NCBI RefSeq assembly: GCF_009914755.1
Contig: NC_060928.1
DNA from: the human T2T-CHM13v2.0 reference genome, Homo sapiens
Direction: 5' to 3' (one strand)
Length of the DNA: 64,000 nucleotides
Shown here: positions 1 through 15,369 of the stretch, piece by piece
Layout of the letters: every line of letters starts with the position of its first letter
Numbering within the stretch: position 1 is the stretch's first letter
Notes under the pieces: model-generated
Databases searched by the model: none
What the model saw: only the letters and a program-made list of their open reading frames with translations
What the model was told of the DNA's origin: nothing
Program-made: the position numbers and the translations under genes

Positions 1-22
1 TTTATTTCTTTCATTTGAAGTC

Positions 23-168
23 CAGTGTTTTTAAAAGTGAGAGGAAAAGGGGGTTTAATTACAACTAGGGTACAGGGAACTATGTATTACTCTGGGGGTT
101 TCCATGGGACTGAGTCTTGCATATGAACTCATCTTGCCTGGCAGGAAAAAAAAAGTTGAAAACTGCTG
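23..168. mobile_element. Possible ancient hAT-Charlie-type MITE
   Basis: Degenerate inverted ends CAGTGTTTTTAAA ... TTGAAAACTGCTG resembling Charlie/MER5-type termini; no clean TSD. Confidence 0.35.
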
Positions 169-1567
169 AACTAAAAGATCACTTGTGAATCTCATAGCAA
201 CCTAGATTGAGCAATCACTAGGGACTCAGTGAGTACTAAAATTGATACATGTATCATTATTTGTCACTGGGGTGATCACACACACACATTCAACTTGCCT
301 TTATATATAAGGTACACATATTCACTGTAAATGAATATTTAGATATTTGGAATATTTAGATATAAAAAGTAAATCATAATCCCAGGTGCAATCATAGTAA
401 TCTATCTCTAAGAATTACTCTGATAATTAAATGAGTGAATATAGCTGTCAAATAGTACAGCTGTGCCTGGCCCAGAGCCAGTAAGCACATCTGAGTGTAA
501 ACTGGGATCATGATCATGAACTCGGGCAAACATCGTTTTGATTAGCCCTATAGCTGCTCCTCCTCCAGCGTTTCCTAACTCAGTAAGTGGCACTCTCATG
601 TTTTAAAGTTATTCAGGCCGAAACTTCACTCTTTCTATGTCTCTCACTGTGTAACCAGTACATTAGATAATCCTACTGATATTACCTTTAATATATATCC
701 ATGCATCATACAAAGATTAATAATTAATTGAAACAATGTCTTATTAATGAAACTTTGGATTGATTTCAAATTTTTCCCATCATAAAAACTGCTGGCGTAA
801 GCATCTTTAGGAACACTCCTAATTACCACAGGATAAGTTGTTGGAAGTGAAGGGTGACCTCAGATATAATTATTTGCAGGCTTTTACTACACTACAGAGT
901 CCCAGATTCTCTTTTAGGGTAGTTGTGCCATATCTGATTCCACCATCAATATAGAGACAACCTTTATTATAAAGCTTGCATTTGCATAGAAAGATTCCAG
1001 AGGTGGAGTTTTATTTATTGAGCTTGAATTGCACCAGAAAAGGTCAAGTATACTCAGCAGCATTTCAGATGTTTTGGGGGTGGCAAATATGAAAAAATAT
1101 GATGGAGATAATTTTGATTTGAAGCATTAATGCACTTTTGGACTGTCGATTTGCAGAACAGTGAAAGGACTGACAGTCCTCAAAGCCAGGCAAGCACAGC
1201 AACCACTCTTCTCCCAAATGCAAAAACCCTGTAAGACAAACTATTTCTAAAGCTGATAATTCTGCCCTAACACAGGATGGTTACATCACCTCAAGTTTGA
1301 GTAAGGAGGAAAGAGAGATTTTTCCAGGAAATACTGCATGATTTCAAGGATTCTTGAGCAAAGATTGACAGAGAACATTCGTGAAGATGTATATAGGCAG
1401 TTCAGTCTTGCTTGCATGACTTTCTCTAAGATATACCAGCCCCCACGATCCAAGTGTTTCCCTTGTAATGTTGGTTAAAATCAGAGATTCCCATGCCAAG
1501 TATGAATGAGTTAAAAAATGTGCATTTTTGTGGTGCTTTATCTATTGGTCTTTAATAGACTTTTAAC

Positions 1568-1610
1568 AGAAGTGGGAATAGAAGTGGGAATAGAAGTGGG
1601 AATGGAAGTG
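1568..1610 (+). repeat. 12-bp tandem repeat (AGAAGTGGGAAT)x3 plus partial copy
   Basis: Three exact copies at 1568, 1580 and 1592, followed by GGAAGTG. Confidence 0.95.
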
Positions 1611-3007
1611 AATCACCCTGCTGGCCCTAAGGAGGCCTAGTAGCCACCTGGTTTAATACTTATGGTTAGAAATATAGAACTACCCTTGCAGTTTTGTGCA
1701 ACTTGTGTTCAGAGAGCAGGGCTGGAAAAATTTGATATTCCAGAGGGCCTGCAGTAGGTTCTTCAGAAATTCCTGTGAGCCAGTGTCAGGAGAACAAGGA
1801 AGACTGTTACAGGAAAGCTATGAATGTCTGTAGAATTGTACCCTTTTCTCTTATCCCTATTCTATTGCTTGGGGACTTTGGTGTTGTTTTTTTTTCTGAG
1901 GATCCGAGGGTCGGGGGTGGTATTAGATCTGTGTTTCCTGGACATAGGGCCATAGCCTCCTCATACTCACACATGCTCGTCCTCTTAAACCTGGCAAGAG
2001 ACTTTAGATAGGTAACCACCCTGCCACATGGTTAGGGGTAGATACACTTCTCTAGATGTTATTCCATCATCTCTCTAGTCTTAGGAAGCATCTCTGTGAG
2101 CAATAAAGTTAACTGACTCCAAATTTTTCTGATTAAGAGCAGAACAGAATCCTGCTAACATCACCATTACTGCAAAGATCTTAGACAAGAAAGAGGAACT
2201 TTTGGAAATATTTTGTAATCCACCCTGCTCTTTGTGAATGCTCTACAGTACTTAATCCATACAACAAGTACTTCTTTCTTGGGAATAATTTTAAATTTAT
2301 TATTGTGGAAGCCCTAGTGATAAGCTGTGTAATTCCGATTCCTGCCCAGAGGTGTTGAATCGGCCAAGGGAAACTACGAGAATGAACCCAATTTCTCAAC
2401 AATTTCATATGTTGGAGAATTTACTCATCCCATGTTCCAAGTGTTGCCCTAAGAGCCAGCGTGGAGCAGGAGACATGCATTAGCTCCATACCCCCTGCTT
2501 CCTGGACTCACAGAGTGGAAACTGGTCTCTCCATGACTCAGGGTGAGGAGGTTGGACTGGGGGCCCTGCTGTTCCCCCTCAGGGTGTCTGATTTTTATCT
2601 CCCTGATTTCACAGTTTGTTAATAACATTTTTGAAAGTTCTGTGGGCTCCAAAATTGTTTCCACAGTTTTATTTTATTTTTGGCATTAAAGATTTAATTT
2701 TGCTATTTCGTGAGAGTGAAAATGCTCTTGTCCTGTGATTTAAGTGTGTGACATTTCAGTGTTAAGTCCTGGACTGGAGAGCTGTAAATTGACTTTTTCT
2801 GGGTCACTTGAAGGTGAACTAAATGGTTCTCTCTTGTTCTGGAGAAAGGGTCTTCCCTTGCAGAAGCTGCATCCAGACAGCCCTTGTACAAGTCACATGC
2901 ATGGCACCTAGAAAGAGGAAGTTTGGGAGCTTGATTCTACTGGAATCAACCTGTGCTAATGGGCTAATGAACTAGGTGAGACCCCTTCAGAGCCTTGCCT
3001 GCTTCAG

Positions 3008-3480
3008 TCAACAGACTTTGAGCGAGCATTTCCTATGTGCCATGCACAGTGTATGAGGTGCTGGGGGTACAAACAGGGAGAAGACACAGTTTGTGTCTCC
3101 CAAAGGCTCAGAGTAGGGAGTTGTAATTGGAGGCTGGGGCCACATTGCAGCTCTGCTGCTTACTCATTGTATAACAAAGTCAGTCACTTGACCTTGGTGA
3201 GTCTCAATTTTCTCATATGTAAAATGACTCCACACATCTGAGGTGTGATGAGAATCAGTTGTCAGTTGTCAGATGCCGTCCACAGTCCTCTGAAGTTCAC
3301 AGTTGGAAATATAAACGAGTGCTTGCAATTATGTTCTTCATCCTTCAGAGACTTAGTCCTTCATCTGTAAAATAATTTCTCTACTCCTCAGGGTCGTGGT
3401 GAAGATGAAGCAGAATGATCTCTGAAAATCTTCTCTAATGGTGCTAGCATGCGCTAGTTGCTCAATAAGTATTACTTTTC
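3008..3480. mobile_element. Degenerate L2 3' end followed by MIR fragments
   Basis: L2-like 'gagcatttcctatgtgccatgcacagtg'; MIR cores 'gtctcaattttctcatatgtaaaatg' and 'cttcatctgtaaaata...gtggtgaagatgaa'. Confidence 0.6.
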
Positions 3481-3914
3481 TACCCTTCAAAACCTTCCTG
3501 TGGCCCAGATGCCTGGTCTGGCATAGAGAGGTTAGTTAGGGAGGTATGTTGTTTGAACCCTGAGGTGTCCTCCTACCTTTCTATCTGTTAATTTTGTATT
3601 AATTTTCAACACATATTAAACTTGGGAGTTTCCAATAAAATTCTGGTTTCCTGCTTCTCCCTTTTAAATATGTTACCAAAAGCAATACATATACAGAATT
3701 ATAAAAAGTCAAATAGTAGATAAGAATTAGAAATATCAGTTTCCTACCTTCCCGTCCTAAGTCAGATTCCCCAGAGACAGCTGTTTTTGTTTATTTTAGC
3801 TTTATTCCTTAATATGTAGTTCTATATTTCTAAATAATATGATACTGCTACTTCTCATTATAATTATTGACTTTTCTTATAAAAGATAAAAATTTAAATC
3901 CCTTAAATAACTCA

Positions 3915-6694
3915 TGATATGGCTTGGCTCTGTGTCCCCGCCCAAATCTCATGTTGAATTGTCATCCCCAGTGTTGGAGAAGGAGCCTGGTGGGAGGTGG
4001 TTGGATCATGGAGACAGATTTCCCCCTCAATGCTGCTCTTGTGATAGTGAGTGAGTGCTTGAAGATTGGTTGTTTAAAAGTGTGGCACCTCCCCTGTTTC
4101 TCCCTCTCTCTCCTGTTTCATCATATGAGGACAGTGCCTCCTTCCTCTTCACCATCTGCCATGACTGTAAGTTTTCTGAGGCCTCCCCATAAGCAGAAAC
4201 CTGTACAGCCTGCAGTCCTGTGAGCCAATTAAACTTCTTTTCTTTATAAATTGCCCAGTCTCAGGTAGCAGTGTGAGAACAGACTAACACAGAAAATTGG
4301 TACCAGAGAAATTGGGTATTGCTATAAAGAAATCTGAAAATGTGGAAGGGACTTTGGAACCAGGTAATGGGCAGAGGTTAGAACAGTTTAGAGGGCTCAG
4401 AAGAAGACAGGAAGATGTAAGAAAGTTTGGAACTTCCTAGAGAGTTGTTGAATGGTTGTGACCAAAATGCGGATAGTGATAGGGACAGTGAAGTCCAGGC
4501 TGAGGTAGTTTCAGATAGAGATGAAGAACTTATTGGGAAATGGAGTAAAGGTCACTCTTGCTATTCTTTAGCAAGAAAAAACAAACAAACAAAAAAATAA
4601 AACAAACAAAAAAATGGCAGAATTGCGCCCTGTTCTAGAGATCTGTGGAACTTTGACCTTGAGAGAGATGATTTATGGTATCTGGTGGAAGAAATTTCTA
4701 AGCAGCAAAGGGTTCACGATGTGGCCTGGCTGCTTTGAAAATCCTATAATCGTATGCATATGCCAAGAAATGACCTAAACTGGAACTTATATTTAAAAAG
4801 AAAGCAGACCATAAAAGTTTGGAAAATTTGCAGCCCAGCCATGTGGTAGAAAGAATAACCCATTTTCTGGGGAGGAATTCAAGACAGCTGCAGAAATTTG
4901 CATAAGTAAAGAGGAGCTGAATATTAATAGCCAAGACAATGGGGAAAATTTCTGGAAGGGATTTCAGAGAGCTTTGCAGCAGCCTTTCCCATCACAGGCC
5001 CAGAGGCCTAGGAGGAAAGAATGGTTTTGTGGGCTGGGCCCAGGGCCCTGCTGCCTGGTGCAACCTTGGGGCACTGCTCCCTGCATCCCAGCTGTTCCAG
5101 CTTTGGCTAAAGTGTCCCAGATACATTTCAGGCCACTGCTCCAGAGGGGACAAGCTGGAATCTGCCAAGCCTTCCACACGGTGTTAAGCCTGTGGGTGCA
5201 CAGAGGACAAGAGTTGAGTTTTGGTAGCCTCTGCCTTGATTTCAGGGGATGTATGGAAATGCCTGTATGTCCAAGCAGAATTCTGCTGCAGAGGCAGAGC
5301 CCTCATGAAGAATCCCTACTAGGGCAGTGCAGAGGGGAAATGTGGGGCTGGAGCCCCCACACAGAGTCCCTACTGGGGCACCACCTAGTGGAGCTTTGAG
5401 AAGAAGACCACTGTCATCCAGAACCCAGAATAGTAGATCCACCAACAGCTTGCAGTGTGTGCCTGGTAAAGCTGCAGGCACTCAATGCCAGCCCATGAAA
5501 GCAGCCATGGAGACTGTACCTTGCATAGCCACAGGAGCAGAGCTACTTGAAGACTTGGGAAACCCACACTTTGTATCAGTGTGATCTGGATGAGAGACAT
5601 GAGTCAAAGGAGATTTTTTTTGAGCTTTAAGATTTAATTACGGCCCTGCTGGGTTTCACAATTGCATGGGGCCTGAAGTCCCTTTGTTTTGGACGATTTC
5701 TCCCTTTTGGAAAGAGACTATTTACCCAATGCATATACCGTCATTGTATCTTGGAGGTAACTAACTTGTTTTTGATTTTACAGGCTCATAGGTGGAAGGG
5801 ATTTATCTTGTCTCAGATGAGATTTTGGACTGTGGACTTTTCAGTTAATTCTAAAATGAGTTAAGACTTTGGGGTACTGTTGGAAAGGCATGATTGTGTT
5901 TTGAAATGTGAGAAGGATGTGAGATTTGGGAGGGGCCTTGGGCAGAATGATATGATTTGGCACTGTGTCTCCACCCAAACCTCGTGTTAAGTTGTAATCC
6001 CCAGTGTTGGAGGAGGGGCCTCATGGGAGGTGGTTGAATCATGGGAGCAGATATCCCCTTCAGTGCTGCTCTTGTGATAGTGAGTGAGTGCTCAGAGACT
6101 TGGTTGTTTAAAAGTATGTGGCATCTTCCCCCTCCCTCTCTCTCTCTCTCCTGTTCTGCCATGTAAGGATGGTGCCTCCTTCCTCTTTGGCTTCTACCTT
6201 GATTGTAAGTGATGTAATTTGGCTGTGTCTCCACCCAAATCTCATCTTGAATTCCCATGTGTTGTGGCAGGAACTGGGTGGAAGGTAATTGACTCATGAG
6301 GGCAGGTCTTTTCTGTGCTGTTTTCATGATAGTGAATAAGTCTCACAAGATCCGATGGTTTTAAAAATGGGAGTCTCCCTGCACAAGCTCTTTTCTTTTG
6401 TTTGCCACCATGTGTGATGTGCCTTTCACCTTCTGCTATGATTGTGATGCCTTCCCAGCCACGTGGCACTGTAAGTCCATTAAATCTCATTCTTCTGTAA
6501 ATTGCCCAGACTCAGGTATGTCTTTATCAGCAGCGTAAAAATGGACTAATACAGTAAATTTCTTGAGGCCTCCCCATAAACCAAAACTTGTACAGCACAC
6601 CCACAGAACTGTGAGCCAATTAAGCCTCTTTGCTTTATAAATTACCCAGTCTCAGTTAGTTTTTTTTATGGCAATGCAAGAATGGACTAATACA
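3915..6694 (+). mobile_element. Full-length MaLR element (MSTA/MSTB-type): 5' LTR 3915-4291, internal region 4292-5947, 3' LTR 5948-6694 interrupted by THE1B
   Basis: Both LTRs begin TGATATG..TTGGC.CTGTGTC.CC and end GACTAA(C/T)ACA. Internal region starts GAAAATTGGTACC. Exact 5-bp TSD ACTCA at 3910-3914 and 6695-6699. Confidence 0.93.
6210..6553 (+). mobile_element. THE1B-type solo LTR nested in the MST 3' LTR
   Basis: THE1 hallmarks 'ccaaatctcatcttgaattcccatgtgttgtgg', 'gatggttttaaaaatgggagt' and end 'atcagcagcgtaaaaatggactaataca'. TSD GTAAG (6205-6209) / GTAAA (6554-6558); the empty site 'ctgtaagttttctgagg' is visible in the 5' LTR. Confidence 0.92.
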
Positions 6695-7129
6695 ACTCAT
6701 AAACACACCAACTTCTCTCCAGCCTCATTCACCCAAGGCAGTTATGTCATAATTATTTTTTAAATTACTCAATATTTACATTATTGGGTTGATGTAAATA
6801 TTGCTCACAGCTTACCATGACTACCTTTCTTTCTTGTACCAGCTTTTTGTTTTTCTTGGAGTTTAAATTATCTCTTTCTCTAAATAAATCTGTCTAGTGT
6901 TATGTACCTATACTAATTAGTTTCCACATTCTTCAGGAGAAGATGGTTTTGGAAATTGATTCCACTTCTTTCCTTGGTGATATTTCTTCTGGAGTATTTC
7001 ATTTTCCTATTGTAATCTGAACTGGGGGAATTTCCAGGCCTGCTGCATAGGTACAGATCTGGGTATTCCCATTATTGTTATTCTTAGACGTCTCTTCACA
7101 GCTCTTCTGAAACTATATTTCTCATTTTC

Positions 7130-8000
7130 TGCATGTCTCTGTTTACTGTCTTATTTTTGTGAAGCCATGTGTCAGTAGCTTTCTGACATAGTGTTACATG
7201 GGAGGTAATATTTTTGAGACCTTGGCCATCAGAAAATATTTTTATTGTACATTTACACTTGATTTTGCTGCTGATAGAATTTTAGATTAAAATATTTTAA
7301 AAAGTTAGAATACTGCTAGCATTGCTCCAGCATCTTCATTTCAGAGTGCTTTTGAAAAATTCAGTGTCTTATTGATGCCTGACTCTTGGTATATGCCTGT
7401 TTTTTCTGTCTGAAATTTCTTAGGATTTCTTTTTATTCCTAATATTTAGAAATTTCACAGTGGTTTGCTTTGGTGTGGTTTGTTTTTCATTTATTGTTCT
7501 CAGCACTTGGTAGGCCATTTCAATTTGGAAACTCATGGCCTTTAGTTCTGGGAAAGTTCTCTATATTATCTGATTTTTACTTCCATCTGTTTACTTGGTG
7601 TTCTTTCTGGAATGCCTATTAGTCAGAGGCCAGACCATCCAAATCAATCCTCTATTTAAAAAAACCTTTTCTCTCCTATTTTCCACTGTGTTATTTTTTG
7701 GTCCTATTTCCTTTAAGATTTTCTCAACTTTACCCTCTTTTTATTCTATGTTTAAGATTTTTGCCTCCACATTTTTTATTCCAACAATTCTTTCTTATGC
7801 TCAGAAAGTTCCTTTCATTTCTTTCTAAAATAATATACTATTCTTATTATTCCTCATCAAGAAGGCAATATTTTCTTTTGTCTCTGAGAATTTTAGATTG
7901 AGGTTTAAGTTTCCTTCTTTCTCTGCATGGTCTCTGTTTCATCCAAGTTTCTTTTTGGATTGTTAATTTTGGTCTTTGTATTTATTTCACGTATCTGATG
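7130..8000 (-). mobile_element. Old, highly diverged L1M/HAL1 ORF1-region fragment
   Basis: T-rich antisense L1-like tracts ('gatagaattttagattaaaatatttt', 'aatttcacagtggtttgctttggtgtgg', 'ctttagttctgggaaa'). Confidence 0.55.
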
Positions 8001-8720
8001 ATCATTGCTGACTGTGCTGATACAGGAGTAAGGTAGGGTTCAAATCAGCGGTGTACCTAGCATATTTGATATCTGGATCAGATCAGTTTATGCACATATG
8101 TGAATATATTTATTTATTATAATACATATATGTGTTTATATATGTACATATATAGCAAAATTATTGTCAGTAATTGTAAAATCAGTTATTATTTTTTGGT
8201 TAGTTCTTTAGCTGAAAAACAATGAATAGAAAGGAGAATAAATTTCTGTTTTAAAGATTTTATTCAAATTAAGTGAAATATTTTATGTATAAAATAAATT
8301 TTGCAATTGCCAAACAAAAGTGTTATTCTTCACAGTTCTCTGTGTCACTGCTTTAATTTGTAAACATAAATAAAAACTCCAAGTGGTTATGTAGAATGAC
8401 AAAATTAAGTAATTCAAGGATTCTTTTTCTTCACAATTACTTGGTGGTGGTGTTTATTTCTTTATTTTTATTTTTATTTATTTACTTTTAAATGTATTTC
8501 TTTTATTTTATTATTATTATACTTTAAGTTTTAGGGTACATGTGCACAACGTGCAGGTTTGTTACGTGTGTATACATGTGCCATGTTGGTGTGCTGCACC
8601 CATTAACTCGTCATTTAGCATTAGGTATATCTCCTAATACTATCCCTCCCCCCTCCCCCCACCCCACAACAGGCCCTGGTGTGTGATGTTCCCCTTCCTG
8701 TGTCCATGTGTTCTCATTGT

Positions 8721-12545
<3,825 letters not shown>

Positions 12546-12608
12546 TATGATGTTAGCTGGTTATTTTGCTTGTTAGTTGATGCAGTTTCTTCCAAGCATT
12601 GATGGTCT

Positions 12609-13621
12609 TTACAATCTGGCACGTTTTTGCAGTGGCTGGTACCGGTTTTTCCTTTCCATGTTTAGTGATTCCTTCAGGAGCTCTTTTAGGGCAGGCCTGG
12701 TGGTGACAAAATCTCTCAGCATTTGCTTGTCTGTAAAGGATTTTATTTCTCCTTCACTTATGAAGCTTAGTTTGGCTGGATATGAAATTCTGGGTTGAAA
12801 ATTCTTTTCTTTAAGAATGTTGCATCTTGGCCCCCACTCTCTTCTGGCTTGTAGAGTTTCTGCTGAGAGATCAGCTGTTAGTCTGATGGGCTTCCCTTTG
12901 TGGGTAACCCGACCTTTCTCTCTGGCTGCCCTTAACATTTTTTCCTTCATTTCAACTTTGGTGAATCTGACAATTATATGTCTTGGAGTTGCTCTTCTCG
13001 AGGAGTATCTTTGTGGTGTTCTCTGTATTTCCTGAATTTGAATGTTGGCCTGCCTTGATTGGGGAAGTTCTCCTGGATAATATCCTGCGGAGTGTTTTCC
13101 AACTTGGTTCCATTCTCCCCATCACTTTCAGGTACACCAATCAGACGTAGATTTGGTCTTTTCACATAGTCCCATATTTCTTGGAGGCTTTGTTCATTTC
13201 TTTTTATTCTTTTTTCTCTAAACTTCTCTTCATGCTTCATTTCATTCATTTCATCTTCCATCGCTGATACCCTTTCTTCCAGTTGATCGCATTGGTTACT
13301 GAGGCTTGTGCATTCATCACGTAGTTCTTGTGCTGTGGTTTTCAGCTCCATCAGGTCCTTTAAGGACTTCTCTGCATTGGTTATTCTAGTTATCCATTCG
13401 TCTAATTTTTTTTCAAAGTTTTTAACTTCTTTGCCATTGGTTTGAGCTTCCTTGTTTAGCTCGGAGTAATTTGATCTTCTGAAGCCTTCTTCTCTCAACT
13501 CATCAAAGTCATTCTCCGTCCAGCTTTGATCCATTGCTGGTGAGGAGCTGCATTCCTTTGGAGGAGGAGAGGCACTCTGATTTTTAGAGTTTATTGTTTT
13601 TCTGCTCTGTTTTTTCCCCAT
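12609..13621 (-). pseudogene. ORF1: L1 ORF1, frameshifted near 13055
   Basis: MGKKQSRK...coiled coil...YVKRPNLRLIGVPE in one frame; REKG/ARR-containing C-terminus in another. Apparent 4-bp loss at 'gcctgccttg^attgggg' relative to the recalled consensus. Confidence 0.95.
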
Positions 13622-14648
13622 CTTTGTGGTTTTATCTACCTTTGGCCTTTGATCATGGTGACGTACAGGTGGGTTTTTGGTGTGGATGTCCTTTCTGTTT
13701 GTTAGTTTTCCTTCTAACAGTCAGGACCCTCAGCTGCAGGTCTGTTGGAGTTTGCTGGAGGTCCACTGCAGACCCTGTTTGCCTGGGTATCAGCAGTGGT
13801 GGCTGCGGAAGAGTGGATACTGGTCAACCACAAATGCTGCTGCCTGATTGTTCCTCTGGAAGTTTTGTCTCAGAGGAGTCCATGGCCGTGTGAGGTGTCA
13901 GTCCACCCCTGCTGGGGGGTGCCTTCCAGTTAGGCTACTCGGGGGTCAGGGGCCCACTTGAGGGGGCAGTCTGCCTGTTCTCAGATCTCAAGCTACGTGC
14001 TGGGAGAACCACTACTCTCTTCAAAGCTGTCAGACAGGGACATTTAAGTCTGCAGAGGTTATTGCTGTCTTTTGTTTGTCTGTGCCTTGACCCCAGAGGT
14101 GGAGCCTACAGAGGCTGGCAGGCCTCCTTGAGCTGTGGTGGGCTCCACCCAGTTTGAGCTTCCGAGCCGCTTTGTTTAACTACTCAAACTTGGGCAATGG
14201 CGGGCGCCCCTCCTCCAGCCTCGCTGCCGCCTTGCAGTTTGATCTCAGACTGCTGTGCTAGCAATGAGCGAGGCTCCGTGGGCGTAAGACTCTCCGAGCC
14301 AGGTGCGGGATATAGTCTCCTGGTGTGCCATTTGTTTAGCCCATTGGAAAAGCGTAGTATTATGGTGGGAGTGACCCAATTTTCCAGGTGCCGTCTGTCA
14401 CCCCTTTCTTTGACTAGGGAAGGGAATTCCCTGACCCCATGCACTTCCCGGGTGAGGCGATGCCTCACCCTGCTTTGGCTCACGCACTGTGCGCTGCTCC
14501 CACTGTCCTGCCCCCACTGTCCGGCACTTCCCAGTGAGATGAACCCAGTACCTCAGTTGGAAATGCAGAAATCACCCATCTTCTGTGTCCTTTATGCTGG
14601 GAGCTGTAGACTGGAGCTGTTCCTATTCGGCCATCTTGGCTCCACCCC
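13622..14648 (-). promoter_or_regulatory. L1 5' UTR with sense and antisense promoters
   Basis: Intact YY1 site CAAGATGGCC (14629-14638, minus strand); partly CpG-decayed; retains the ~129-bp segment (~13750-13878) absent from L1PA2/L1HS. Confidence 0.85.
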
Positions 14649-14664
14649 GGTGTTTATTTTTTAA
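14197..14664 (+). CDS. ORF0: L1 antisense ORF0-like reading frame, extended to 155 aa (translation unproven)
   Basis: Begins MAGAPPPASLPPCSLISDCCASN, the known ORF0 N-terminus; Kozak GCAATGG; no stop until TAA at 14662-14664, outside the element. Confidence 0.65.
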   Translation: MAGAPPPASLPPCSLISDCCASNERGSVGVRLSEPGAGYSLLVCHLFSPLEKRSIMVGVTQFSRCRLSPLSLTREGNSLTPCTSRVRRCLTLLWLTHCALLPLSCPHCPALPSEMNPVPQLEMQKSPIFCVLYAGSCRLELFLFGHLGSTPVFIF

Positions 14665-15320
14665 TCTACTGCTTAAACACAGGAATATGTAGTGCCACAG
14701 GGATTGGAGACATGGACTGAGCTAAATCAAAGTGGAAGAATTTGGCCCTTTGAACTTACTCTCAAAGGTACCATATACAGCTGTGTTTTTGTTACTTGGA
14801 AATTGACTGAATAATGGGGAGTTTTCTGAATGAACTTTCAGGTAGAACACTAAAATGTGCCAAGTTGAAGTTTACATTTATGTTACTAATATTCAATTAT
14901 AGTCACAGCACTTGCAAAACTTAGACCCAGAAAACATTTTTTTTTGGAGGAGTACTCTATCACTGAAGTTGAGCCATGTTACTCAGAACTGCTGCACAGA
15001 GTAATAATAAAAATCAAACCAACTTTTAATCAATTTAATTATTGGTTTTAAATTATCTATAAACAGTTCTTCATTGCTCACACCCTAGGCTTATAGCTCC
15101 CATCCTGCCCTTGCTGTGCAACAGGGGCCAGTCACCTGGATTTTTCACTTGGTGTTCCATAGATGTCATTTCTTTAGGGCTTTTCTCTAGGGTCAGATTT
15201 TCTGGGGAGTATATAGCTGCCAGCATTTTGGGAGCTGCATGAAGGAACAAGGCTAGGTAGTTATGTTCAACATGTAGAGTCTTACTTAATCCCCCTCTTT
15301 TCAGTAGGTGGCTCCCATCC

Positions 15321-15369
15321 CACAGTTTGCTCAGTCACACACAGTTTGCTCAGTCAACCATTGCTCAGT
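15321..15369 (+). repeat. 17-bp direct repeat CACAGTTTGCTCAGTCA x2 plus partial TTGCTCAGT
   Basis: Exact copies at 15321-15337 and 15340-15356; partial copy at 15361-15369. Confidence 0.9.

Noticed and set aside
4939-6490. Cluster of 60-158 aa ORFs
   Set aside because: All lie within MST internal/LTR or THE1B sequence; decayed or antisense frames.
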